Source of the DNA: Octopus vulgaris
Taxonomy: Eukaryota
Direction of reading: 5' to 3'
DNA: 64,000 nucleotides
NCBI GenBank assembly: GCA_951406725.2
Contig: OX597828.1
Span: 77,872,001 to 77,936,000, forward strand
Shown here: positions 13,111 through 26,799 of the stretch, one piece after another
Layout: each line of letters opens with the position of its first letter
Position numbering within the stretch: position 1 is the first letter of the stretch
The notes under the pieces: generated by a model
What the model was told of the DNA's origin: nothing
Database searches by the model: none
What the model saw: only the letters and a program-made list of their open reading frames with translations
Made by a program: the position numbers and the translations under genes

Positions 13111-15988
13111 ATGAAGAAGAGGAGGAGGAGGAGGAGGAATATGTGCCATCCCAAATGTAGATCAGCTACCGACCTTAAAAGTAGATCTCTGTTGGTGAGG
13201 GCCCTAAGTAACTTTAGTGCTGTTTCCACTCCAACTTGTGGAATGCCCTTTGGTTGGTAATCACAGCCAGTAAGCAGAGCAAAGGCCACAAGTTTCTCTT
13301 GGGTAAGGGACAGCTGTTGTTCGATGTCTTGCACTGTGTAGCTCTCAACGTGGGGGTCCTGGTAGGAAGAGATTGAGTGTGAGCATAAGGAACTGGCACA
13401 GACTGTGAGGGAATGAGGAAGAACGATAGAGTGAAATGATGTGAGTGACAGAAAGAGAGCAGGTAAGAGAGTAACACTAACAGGGTGAGAAAGAGAAACG
13501 AAGATGGTAAGAGAGAGTAAAATTGAGAGAGAGAGAGAGTAAAACTGATAGTGAGTGAAAGAGAAAGAGATAAGGTAAGAGAGAGGAAGAGAAGAGAGCC
13601 AGTCAAATTGATAGTATTTGAGAGATTGAAAGAGAGAGTGTATGCAAGAAGAGAGAAAGTGAAGAAAAGAGTGAAGAAAATTTCGAAATAAAGATAAAAC
13701 GAAAAACCTTTCGGTCCATGGTGAAGTTTCGATAAATTTTTGGGGCTCCATAAAGGAAAGCATCTCCATCGTTAGTGATGCAGGCATCGACTACCTGTAA
13801 AGAGATAGACATAACAACAGACAGGTGACATGTTGCATTAAAAGGATATAACAATTATCAACAGGTTATACAGCACTATTGCAATTCTTCCCAGTTATAG
13901 CACCAAAATCAAGGGTTCTCAATCATTTTTTACCTATGGACCCCTTCGATTACTATTTTATTTTGGTGGACCCCAGAAATATTAGAGAAAGAAACCTAGC
14001 TGTTTTTTGCAATACGTATCAATACATACATCCAAAGCAACATTTTTTCAGAGGCCCTTAATATAGTCTTGTGAATAGGCGCAGGAGTGGCTGTGTGGTA
14101 AGTAGCTTACTTACCAACCACATGGTTCCGGGTTCAGTCCCATTGCATGGCACATTGGGCAAGAGTCTTCTATTATAGCCTCAGGCCAACCAAAGCTTTG
14201 TGAGTGGATTTGGTAGACGGAAACTGAAAGAAACTCGTCGTATATATGTATGTATATATGTGTGTGTGTGTGTGTGTGTATGCTTGTGTGTCTGTGTTTG
14301 TCCCCGTAACTTAGCGGTTTGGCAAAAGAGACCAATAGGATAAGTACTAGGCTTCCAAAGAATAAGTCCTGGGGTCGATTTGCTCGACTAAAGGCGGTGC
14401 TCCAGCATGGCCACAGTCAAATGACTGAAACAAGTAGAAGAGTATCCCCAATTTACTATTTTCTTGAGTGGATCCCCTTCGATTACTATTTTATCCTGGG
14501 TGACCCCAGAAATGTTAGAGAAAGAAACCTAGCTGTTTCTTGCAATACATACCAATACATACATCTAATGCAACATTTTTTCGGGGACCCTTCAAAGACT
14601 ATTGTGGATCCCCATTTTCCTATTTTGTTACGTGGACCCCCAAAAATCTTACATAGCCCCTGGTGAGAACCACTGATTTAAATGATTCATAATTACGGCT
14701 AGAGAGTGACTAGAATTCTTGCAAATGTATACAATTTCTTTTTTCTGCTTTCTGTAGAGGTAAAAAGTAGCATTTACCTGTGGTTTAATCTAGTGTAGTA
14801 TGTGAACATTCATTGTTAGGTTGCAAAAAAGCAAAGACACATTGGACAATATGAACATAATTTTAAGAGAGGAATGGTCCTGTCTGGAATGCCTTTTCTC
14901 ATAGCCATACTTGAACAGGGCTGACTGACATGAATAGAGGCTATAACAATTAACAATAGTAATTAAGTACTGTAAGAACTGTTCCCATTTAATAAGAAAC
15001 TTTTTTAGTTAGAACACCTACATGATTCATCATTATGGATGGAGAATGATTAGAATTCTTGCGCATGTATATAATTTCTTTTTGCTTTCTGTAGAGGCGG
15101 AATGTAGTTCTTACCTGTGGTTTAATCTAGTGTAAAGTGTGAAAACTGTAGCAGATACTGGTGTTACACAACTGGCATGTAAAAGCACCCATTACACTCT
15201 TGGAGAGGTTGGCATTAGGAAAAGTATCCAGCCATAGAAACCATGTCAAATCAGACGGAAGTCAAACTGTCCAACCCATGACAGCATCATGATGATGATG
15301 ATGCAAAAAAGAGAAAATACATTGCATGCTGAAGCACAGAATAAACTACCTGCATCAGGTGTTAGCTGTCAAGACACTACATCCTTCCAAACTTCCATGC
15401 TTCCTGAAGTACACTGACAATACACCTGATGCTCGCCACCCATTTTGGGGTTTTTTTTAAATGAGACTTATTCACTGTTCACTTCCTGTGCATATTCTAT
15501 GTACTGTTCATGCGGGTGTGGTGACTTTTTCTGATGAGTTGTAGTGTAACCTGAGCACCATATACAATAAGTTCATTATATTATAATATAATCCAAGATA
15601 TTTTTAAAAGACAGGACAGTCTTCATAACCATGCTTAAACAGGGATGACCCACATCAAAAGATATGCTCTCACCCATAAGATAAAAGACATAACTTACAC
15701 CATGTTTATTAAGGAAAGCACAATAGGCCTCTGCTTCTCCTTGACTTTCCAAATATGGCACTCCAAGACAATCCAGCAACTCACAACACTGAAAACCAAC
15801 AAAAAAAAGAGAAAATTAAAATTATAGGTGCAGGAGTGGCTGTGTGGTAAGTAGCTTGCTTCCCAACCACATGGTTCCGGGTTCAGTCCCACTGCGTGGC
15901 ATCTTGGGCAAGTGTCTTCTACTATGGCCTCGGGCCAACCAAAGCCTTGTGAGTGGATCTGGTAGACAGAAACTGAAAGAAGCCCGTC

Positions 15989-16027
<39 letters not shown>

Positions 16028-19000
16028 AAAGTAAATAAATGGCACAACGAAGTACCAATATTTACTGGAAAATAGCGAACGTAATAAATACGACGCTAAT
16101 GTATAGCTTCACTGCGTATGTACTAGCAAAAATGCGTGTGTGCAACAAACATGAAAAAAATTGTCTTACCTCTAGGGAGAACCTCTGAAAAATGAAATAC
16201 CTAGAAAGGGATAATGTGGTACCGGTTTCAGATTCTTCAAAATATGTCTGCCCACATATATTTGATTTATCTTCATCAGCCACATATACCTCGACAATAT
16301 TTCAAATGTTGCCACATCCATGCCAATACACTCGACTGAATGCCAAAACGTTGACAGAACGAGAACAGTGAAGAAGTTTCAGTAAAAATAGTAAAGAGTC
16401 AAGCGTATTGGCATGGATGTGGCAACATTTGAAATATTGTCGAGGTATATGTGGCTGATGAAGATAAATCAAATATATGTGGGCAGACATATTTTGAAGA
16501 ATCTGAAACCGGTACCACATTATCCCTTTCTAGGTTTTTCATTTTTCAGATGTTCTCCCTAGAGGTAAGACAATTTTTTTCATGTTTGTTGCACACACGC
16601 ATTTTTGCTAGTACATACGCAGTGAAGCTATACATTAGCGTCGTATTTATTACGTTCACTATTTTCCAGTAAATATCGGTACTTCGTTGTGCCATTTATT
16701 TACTGTTATGTATAATTTTACCCTCACGGGCTATCCTTTACTGGAAAGCAATACTCTAGTATTGCAATACTCTAGTATTGCAATACTATTTATATATATA
16801 TATATATATATGCATCATCATCATCATCATGTGTGTGTATATGTTTGTGTGTCTGTGTTTGTCCCCCCCAACATTGCTTGACAACCGATGCTGGTGTGTC
16901 TACATCCCCGTTACTTAACGATTCAGCAAAAGTGGCCGATAGAATAAGTACTAGGCTTACAAAGAATAAGTTCTGGGGTCGATTTGCTTGACTAAAGGTG
17001 GTGCTCCAGCATGGCCACAGTCAAATGACTGAAACAAGTAAATGAGAGAGAATAATGTTTACCATTTTTCCTTTATATATTGATTACAAGAGAAGGCAGT
17101 AATAGTTTTGATCTTGAGAGGGTCACCCAGACTGGTCAATGTCAGTGATGATCAGCTTTAATTCCGATCAATATTTGCAACAAAAGATGCGGAAGAAGGA
17201 ATTTCAGAGGAAATCTCACCTTGCATTTCATTTAAATAACTGACTGAAATATTTAATCCAAGAATTAATGAATGAAAACAGAACATTTTTCTTTTCATGT
17301 AGCTTTGAGGTACAGGCATACCCATGTAGTTTAAGAAGCATGCTTTGTATGCACATGGATAAGGATAGAAATATGCCATCGTCGTCATCATTATCATCAT
17401 CATTTAACTTCCAGCGTCCATGCTGGCATAGGGTGGATGGTTTGACCAGGGCTGGTGAGCTGAGGGGCTGCACCAGACTCCAGTCTGATTTGGTCGGATG
17501 CCCTTCCTAACACCAACCACTCTGAGAGTGTAATAGCTTTTATACGCCACCAGCAAGGGTGCCAGTTGTGTGACACCTGTATTTGCCACGACTATGATTT
17601 CACTTGGCTTGACGGGTCTTCTGCTCAAGCACAGCATATTGCCAAAGGTCTTGGTCACTTGTCATTGCCTCCATGAGGCCCAACGCTTGAAAGGTGTAAT
17701 TGTAATTGTTTATTTGAAGAATGACATTGTAGATGAGAGAGACCTGGACAGTTTGAACATAAAATAGGCAGGATATGTGGGCCCGATACGACCGGCTTGA
17801 ACGTTTAGGAGTTAAGAGGAGTTTCCTTGCAGTGGTGGTGGCACTAGAGTATACACCCAGAACACATGCAATGATGTTGACTGGTTTCTGCTGATTTTTA
17901 ATACTAGATGGCATGGAATATGGTGATGAGTGATGAGATATTGTGAGACACATCCAACCTATACCAGTATGGAAACTGGACACAGAATCATGAAGATAAA
18001 GATGATAATAAGGCATGATTACTAACATCATTTACATCCAGTTTTCCATATTTGCATGGATCAGACAGAGTTTGAAGCATATTTTCTACAGCTGGATGCT
18101 CTCCCTGTTACCAACCCTCACCTGTTTCCAAGTAAGGTGATATTTTCCCCTGGCCAGACATGTTCTTAAAGAATTACTGGAAGTGCACCTCCCCACCACC
18201 GACTGGCTCCCATGCCAGTGGCATGTAAAAAGCACCTTCTGAAAGTGGTCGATGCCAGTGCTACCTGACTGGCTCCCGTGCCGGTGGCACATAAAAAGCA
18301 CCCCACTACACTCTTGGAGTGGTTGGTATTAGGAAGGGCATCCAGCTGTAGAAACCTTGCCACATCAGACTGGAGCCTGGTGCAGCCTACTGGCTTGCTA
18401 GCCTTCAGTCAAACCATCAAACCCATGCCAGCATGGAAAACGGACGTTAAATGATGATGATGAAGGGGAGGATGAATGACACTGCTTCTATGACAACCAG
18501 CCTGGAAGGAAGACATTAAACAATGACAACAACGATGATAATATATGACTGAGTGAGGGCAGGAAAGACAGCAGCACTCATGGACATTTCCAGGGCCTCT
18601 AAGACTGACCATCACATGGGAGACCTGACCTGAATACCCAGGCACCTTTAGAGGATGTCTTCCACTGAAGGTACCCAAGGCAAGCACTACATTGTTTATC
18701 TGGGCAATGGATTAAGTCTAACACCCAAGAAAAAAGTGAACTCTTTCTAATGGGCTTCCATGCAGTTTCTGCCTACCAAATTTCACTCACAGGGCTTTCC
18801 CAACTCTTGCCCAAAGTGCTGCGCAATGAGATTAAACCTAAAACTATACAGTTACAAAGTAAACTTCTTAACCTCGAAGCAATGCCTGCAACCTTCTGAT
18901 ACAAACCTACCTGGGACTATGACACAAACTTCTCATTTTAAAAGGATCCAAATTTAAATTTCCCATCAAAGTTGCCTCTTAATTTACAGACCAAACACTG

Positions 19001-21490
19001 GATTAATAATAAAATTATTTTACTAAACCCTTCAATATTTTCAAAAGTATTTGAAATAAAGGCAGTGTATTCCAAAAGAAATACGGTAAGAAAAAGGTTA
19101 ATGTGGTCTGTGCCAAAAGCAGCACTTCATCGAAGATGATACTACACTTGTCATTTCTGGATATCATTGAAATATATTTGTGTGTCATTCTGACATTGTT
19201 CCATTCATACTGACCCATAAGCTCCCCAATTTCTTTCTTTCCAGCTTCTTGATTATAATTATGACTAGAATATACAGGATAAACTTATCCAAGATATTCA
19301 TCCATTTTTAAAGGAGAAAAGGTTAAATTTGAGGGAGATTTGGCTGCTAATTCTAGCATAATGAGTGATTGCACAGAGGTTGTTTTGTTGGCTCATAATG
19401 ATTTCGAACAGAGGTGTAAGGAGAGAAATTTGGGAAGAGGCTACAGAGGTGTAAGTGGTCAAATTTGCAGAGAAGGTATAGAGTCTTAAGAGGAATAATT
19501 TAGGGGAAGGTACATTCAATTAAATCAACACCAGTATTTAACTGGTACTTATTTTATGGACCCAATGAAAATGACAGAATAAGTAAAAATCAACAGGATT
19601 TGAACATAGAGCATATAGATATAACTCTATCAATTTATGTATTTTAGGTACTGAGTGTCATCTTTGGCTCGAGGCCACAGTGTAGGGCAAAGCTGACTGG
19701 ATTGACACGAAAATATTACTGGTACATATATCTTTAAACCTTGGGGACGTGTACAACCAAAGTCACACACAAATAAGATAAACCATAATTATGAAAGAAA
19801 ATGAGAAGCACAGATTAAGCAAAAAAATTATATAAAACAAGGAGAAAATGGCCAAATATTATATAAAAAATGGAGGGAAAATAAAAAATTTGAAGTAAAT
19901 TTTTACCTTTTTAACAAATGCATTCAAATGTGATCTTTTGGTACTCTTGCATGTCCGGAAGTTATTCTGAGATGATTTTCTATACAAGAAACACTCCTTT
20001 TGGCGTTTTCGCATTGTCTCTGCCTTCATTTCAGGAGCACGACCATCGATAATAAATACTAAATCTATTCCACTGAGTAATAAGTGGTTCACACGGAAGA
20101 ACAGGTTTCTGTGATTCAAGATAAAAGATATTTAACACTTTGGGGACAGAGCCTCACTGGAAATTTCAGTGTCAAGAAGCAGGAGAGCTTTTCATAAGCC
20201 CTACAAAGAACATGCACTCATTTCTCAAAATAAATTATAAAAAATAATTACTTTACATATACAAAGATATATATATAGGAAATTGAATGAACTAATGCAA
20301 TCTCTGTCATTCAACTTTTTGGCCGACAGCTCAGCCCTGTTGTCTTGTAAGGGTTAATGCATTTTTAGGAAAACTGTACTTAATTCTTATACACACACAC
20401 ATGCAATTCGTCATTGTTTAACATCCGCTTTCCATGCTGGCATGGGTTGGACGGCTTGACTGAGAATTGGTAAGCCAGGAGGCTGCACCAGGCTCCAATC
20501 TGATGTGGCAAGGTTTCTACAGCTGGATGCTCTTCCTATTGCCAACCACTCCGAGAGTGTAGTGGGTGCTTCTTATGTGCCACCGGCACGGGAGCCAGTC
20601 AGGCAGTACTGGCAATGGCCACAAGGACTTCACTTGACTCAACAGGTCTTCGCAAGAACAGTTTATTGTCCAATAACTGAAGAGTACTCTTAAACGGGCT
20701 GGTTATGCTGCACTGGCATAGGCCATGGTTACGGTCTCGCTTGGCTTGGTGGATCTTCTCAAGCACAGCATATCTCTCCAGAGGCCTCACTCACTCATCC
20801 TCCTCTCCACGAGGCCCAACATTCAAAGGTTGTGCTTCACCACCTCATCCCAGGTCTTCCTCTTCCACAGGTTCCCTCTACTGCTAGGGTGTGACACTTT
20901 TTCACACAGCTGTCTTCATCCATACGCAACACATGACCATAACCAGTGCAGTTGTCTCTCTTGCACACCACATATGATGCTTCTTTTGCACATATGTATA
21001 TATATCAAAACTGCTCATCATGTGCGTGTGCATGTCATAGATACACATACATATCATCATCACCATCATTTAAAGTGCATCTTCCATGCTGGCATGGATT
21101 GGACAAGAGGTTTGCTCCTCAACCACATGGTTCAGGTTCAGTCCCACTGTGTAGCACTCTGGGTGAGTGTCCTCTACTATAGCCTTGGGTCAACCTAAGT
21201 CTTGTGAGTGGATTTGATAAATGGAAACTTAAAGAAGCCCGTTTGTGTATATATACATGTGCATGCATGCATGTGCATTTGAGTTTCTCTCCCACCACCA
21301 CTTGACAACTGGTGCCAGAATGTTCACATCTCAATAACATAGCGGCTTGGCTAAAGATACTGATAGAATAAGTACCAGACTTAAAAAAAAGAAAAGGAAG
21401 TACTAGAGCCATTTCATTTGACTAAAATTCTTCAAGGCAGTGCTCCAACATGGCCACAGTTTAATGACTGAAACAAGATATATACATATA

Positions 21491-21542
<52 letters not shown>

Positions 21543-24500
21543 TATATATACATATAACCTCCCACACCCTCAGGGTTGGCACTCTCAACGTCGGCACACT
21601 GAAAGGTAGGTCCGGTGAGATTGTTGAGTTCCTTGAACGGAGATTTGTCGATATGTGCTGAAATGAGGATGCAAAGAGAGAGGTTTGGAGACGACACTAT
21701 GAAAGGTTGCTGAATAAAGAAAATGAATGGGATAAAGAGAGTCTGCTGAATGTCGACCCAACAGAGGGACCAGCTATCCGAGTTGACAGTTCCTTGGTAG
21801 TTAAGGCAATTAGAAGCATGAAGACAGGGAAAGCCCCAGGCCCATCAGGAATTACTGCAGAGATGCTCAAAATATCTGGTAGTGTCGGCTACAGCCTAGT
21901 CAGCCGTTTAGTTAACCAGGTGATACACGAAGGAGTCATACCCAATGACTGGTGTAGCAGCATAATAGTCAACTGCTACAAAGGTAAAGGTGACACCCTA
22001 GATACAACTAATTACAGAGGTATAAAGCTCTTGGATCAGGTAATGAAGGTTACAGAGAGGCTCATAGCCCAACTGATTAGGGAGAGAGTCAACTTGGACG
22101 AGATGCAGTTTGGTTTCGTGCCAGGGAAAAGCACCACTGATGCCATATCTCTGGTGAGACAGCTGCAGGAGAAATACCTAGCCAAAGATAAGCCCCTGTA
22201 CCTGGCTTTCATTGACATGGAGAAAGCCTTTGACAGGGTCCCCCGATCCCTTATTTGGTGGTCAATGAGGAAACTAGGGATAGATGGTTAGTGAGAGCTA
22301 TGCAAGCCATGTACAGGGACGCTGCTAGTAAGGTGAGGGTTGGCAACATGTACACTGAAAAATTCAAGGTAGAGGTTGGGGTCCACCAGGGTTCAGTCCT
22401 CAGCCCCCTCCTATTTATCATAGTCCTGCAGGCAATAACGGAGGAATTCAAGACAGGATGCCCCTGGGAGCTCCTCTATGCTGATGACCTTGCTCTAATT
22501 GTTGAGTCACTATCAGAACTAGAGGAGAAGTTTCAAGTGTGGAAACAAGGATTAGAATCAAAGGGCCTTAAAATCAACCTAGCGAAAACCAAAGTCCTAA
22601 TAAGTAGGAAGGCAGGCAAACCACAAATCCCTTCAGGTAGATGGCCCTGCTTGATCTGTAGAAGAGGCGTAGGTAGAAACCCAGTGTAAGCTATGGACAC
22701 ATAAGAGGTGCAGTAATATCAAAGGAAGGCTAACTGGGAAGATAGTTTTGTATGTGGCAGATGCTCAGGGGGGATTAAACACTGGAAATATGCAGAGACC
22801 AACTTCCGCCACATTCCAGGTGGAAAAACTACAAGTAGTTGATAGCTTCCATTACTTAGGTGACCAAGTCAGTAGCGAAGGAGGGTGCACTGAAAGTGTA
22901 GCTGCTAGAATAAGAATAGCTTGGGCAAAGTTCAGAGAGCTCTTACCTCTGCTGGTGACAAAGGGCCTCTCGCTCAGAGTAAAAGGTAGACTGTATGATG
23001 CATGTGGACGAACAGCCATGCCACACAGCAGTGAAACATGGGCTGTGACTGCTGAGGACATGCGTAAGCTTGCAAGGAATGAAGCCAGTATGTTCCATTG
23101 GATGTGCATACTCGACAGAGTGTAAGTACCTTGAGAGAAAAGTTGGACCTAAGAAGCATCAGTTATGGTGTGCAAGAGAGACGTTTGCGCTGGTATGGTC
23201 ATGTGGCGAGAATGTATGAAGATAGTTGTGTGAAAAAGTGCCACACCCTAGCGGTTGAGGGAACCTGTGGAAGAGGTAGACCCAGGAAGACCTGGGATGA
23301 AGTGGTGAATCATGACCTTCGGACATTAGGCCTCACCAAGGAAATAACTAGTGACCAAGACTTTTTGAAATATGCTGTGCTTGAGAAGATACAGCAAGCC
23401 AAATGAGACCATAACCTCGTGGCCTATGCCAGGAGCGTAACCAACCCACTTATGCGTACCTTTTCCTTCTTTGATCACTAAACTCTGCTTGCGAAGACCT
23501 GTTGAGGCAAGTGAAATCAAAATCAATTCGATGACTGGCATTCGTGCTAGCAGGGTGCAAAGAGCACCATACGAGTGTGATCGTTGACAGAGCGGCTATT
23601 CGAGTATGATCGTTACCAGCGTCGCCTTACTGGCACTTATGCCTGTGCTAGTAGGGTGCCAAGAGCACCATCCGAGCGTGATCATTGCCAGAGCAGCCAA
23701 CTGGCTTCCATACCCATGGCACGTACAAGTGCACAATTCGAGTGTGATTGTTACTAATGTCGCTTCACTGGCACATGTAAAAAGATTCGAGCGAGGTCAT
23801 TGCTAGTACTGCCTGACTGGCCCTCGTGCCAGTGGCATGTAAAAAGCACCCACTACACTCTTGGTGTGGTTGGCGTTAGGAAAGGCATCCAGCTGTAGAA
23901 ACTCTGCCAGATCAAGACTGGAGCCTGGTGCAGCCATCTGGCTCGCAAGTCCTGTCAAAATCGTCCAACCCATGCTAGCATGGAAAGCGGATGTTAAACG
24001 ATGATGATGATACATACATATATATATATCAACAATTGAGGGTAAAATTAATTAATTACTCAATTTCACCAAGTGTTCAGTATGTAAAAGGACCATTTAA
24101 GGCGAATTCAAAATATTACATTATATAATTAGGGCTTAGTAAAATAAATTACTTTGCCACATACTGAACTTAGTAGAAATAGCAGCCAAAAAAAATTTTA
24201 TTAGCATTACTACTACTTAAAGAAAATTTCTCTCAGATAATGTTTACTCTAGACAGCTCACGAAGGTTTGGGGGTAAATACAGAAAAATATCACAAGTAC
24301 ATAGATCGTTTGAGTACGTCAACGTTTCAAGATTAGCCAAATAAAATCAGCATTTCTTTCGTCAGCTCAAAATTTCTTAATTTGGATTTGGAAACACTAA
24401 AAAGAAGGAACTTTACCTATCAGCAAACTTGTCGCTTCAGATGAACCACTCCAACTAACAGTGTCAACAAATTCAAAATGCGCAGGCGTAAAATTCTGCA

Positions 24501-24619
24501 CTCCCCATTCCACCCACGTGGTCTATCTAGCAAACATTATATTTTAACCGCGAGAACCGAGGCAGTAATTTTTACATATATATATATATATATATATAAA
24601 TATACATACATACATACAC

Positions 24620-24650
<31 letters not shown>

Positions 24651-24765
24651 CATATATATACATACACACATATATATATATATATACACATATATATATA
24701 TACACATATATATACATACACATATATATACATACACATATATATACATACACATATATATACAT

Positions 24766-24801
<36 letters not shown>

Positions 24802-26067
24802 TCATCATCATCGTTTAACATCCGCTTTCCATGCTAGCATGGGTTGGACGGTTCAACTGGGGTCTGGGAAGCCAGAAGGCTGCACCAACCCCAGTCTGGT
24901 CTGGCAATGCTTCTACAGCTGGATGCCCTTCCTAATGCCAACCACTCTGTGAGTGTAGTGGGTGCTTTTTACGTGCCACCGGGATGAAGTGGTGTATCAT
25001 CATCATCGTTTAACGTCCGCTTTCCATGCTAGCATGGGTTGGACGATTTTGACTGAGGGCTTGCGAGCCAGATGGCTGCACCAGGCTCCAATATTGACCT
25101 GGCAGAGTTTCTACAGCTGGATGCCCTTCCTAACGCCAATTTATATATAGACACATATATATATACACCCACACACACATATATATATATATAGAGTGGT
25201 TGTATAATGTCAACATAACGTGACAGTCCCGTAGAGGGAATTACTCCACCGCTATATAACCCTAGGAAGTATCGACGCTTCCTGTCGCCTTTCACACATT
25301 TTCTGTGTCCTTATATTTGCAAAGGTGAGGCAAGCACCCCCACCAGTTAGGACTAGCAACCTGAAGACATGCATGTTTCTGGGTATTGCCCATCATCACC
25401 CCAGGGTAGTGAGTCCGCTAGCTGAGATGCCTGCCAAGCCTTTGCAAATATATATATTTACAGTGAAATATATTCACTGGTCACCGTAATTAGAAATATT
25501 GAATTTCTAAATGTCTCAGAGAGACATGAGCGGTGGTGGAGCGATGGAGTGGTTGTATACTGTGACCATAACGTGACAGTCCCATAAAGGGAATTACACC
25601 ACCACCATTTAGCCCTAGGAAGCATCAACGCTTCCTGTTGGCCTTGACACATTTCCTGTGTCCTTGGCAGGCATCTCAGTCAGCAGGACTCACTACCCTG
25701 GGGTGATGATGGGCAATACCCAGAAACATGCATGTCTTCAGGTTGCTAGTCCTAACTGATGGGGGTGCTCGCCTCTCCATTGCAAATATAAGGACACAGG
25801 AAATGTGTCAAGGCCAACAGGAAGCGTTGATGCTTCCTAGGGCTAAATGGTGGTGGTGTAATTCCCTTTATGGGACTGTCACGTTATGGTCACAGTATAC
25901 AACCACTCCATCGCTCCACCACCGCTCATGTCTCGTTGAGACATTTAGAAATTCAATATTTCTAATTACGATGACCAGTGAATATATTTCACTGTAAATA
26001 TATATATATAATTTCTAAATGAGACATTTAGAAATTCAATATTTCTAATATATATATATATATAAAA

Positions 26068-26101
<34 letters not shown>

Positions 26102-26104
26102 ATG

Positions 26105-26135
<31 letters not shown>

Positions 26136-26136
26136 T

Positions 26137-26169
<33 letters not shown>

Positions 26170-26756
26170 GTGAAGGCACATGGCTCAGTAGTTAAAGTGT
26201 TGAGCTTACGATCATGAGGTTATGAGTTCCACAAACAACCTCACCTGAACTTGTGCCTTGGAAGGTAACTTTCTAGGTGCAATCCCATGGTCATTCATGA
26301 CCAAAGGGGGTCTAATATACGCAAAATAGCTAGTTGTAAAATCTCAAGAAGATAGTTATATCGTTGTCGTGGCACTCCGTTGGTTACGACGACGAGGGTT
26401 CCAGTTCATCCAAACCAACGGAACAGCCTGCTCATGAAATTGACATGCAAGAGGCTGAGCACTCCACAGACATGTGTACCCTTAACGTAGTTTTTGGGGA
26501 GATTCAGCATGACACAGAGTGTGACAAAGCTGGCCCTTTTGAAATACAGGTACAACAGAAACTGGAATAAAGAGTGAGAGAAAGTTGTGGCGAAAGAGTA
26601 CAGCAGAGTTCACCACCACCCCCTGCCAGAGCCTCGTGGAGATTTTAGGTGTTTTCGCTCAATAAACACTCACAACGCCCGACCTGGGAATCAAAACCGC
26701 AATCCTATGACCACAAGTGCTGCCCTAACCACTGGGCCATTGCACCTCCACAGATA

Positions 26757-26799
<43 letters not shown>

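Larger units (their letters stand above)
16019..16790 (+). mobile_element. Fold-back hammerhead element (HHR family 3), Penelope pLTR-like
   Basis: ~318-bp near-perfect inverted arms 16019-16337 / 16397-16714 with a 59-nt spacer, one HHR per arm, flanked by (TA)n. Confidence 0.85.
15825..17050 (+). mobile_element. Family-A SINE split by a fold-back HHR element
   Basis: Head and body at 15825-15990, tail at 16830-17050; insertion lies in the internal (TA)n. Confidence 0.85.
25193..26050. mobile_element. Two copies of a hammerhead-like element (HHR family 5), one with fold-back arms
   Basis: Minus copy 25193-25447; plus copy 25666-26050 preceded by an inverted arm 25450-25665 that pairs with 25790-26005; (TA)n flanks. 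Confidence 0.8.

Noticed and set aside
13032-13787. 251-aa ORF as a standalone gene
   Set aside because: It is GEN1 exon 5 read through pyrimidine-rich intron sequence
14700-15135. ~100-bp direct repeats (also 49760/50025 and 60355/60625)
   Set aside because: Short, diverged local duplications without LTR, TSD or structural hallmarks
16062-16672. Duplicated 73-aa ORFs MADEDKSN.. on opposite strands (similarly 25458/25728)
   Set aside because: By-products of the inverted repeats; the 16-kb pair runs through the CTGATGA ribozyme core, and neither pair has recognisable protein features
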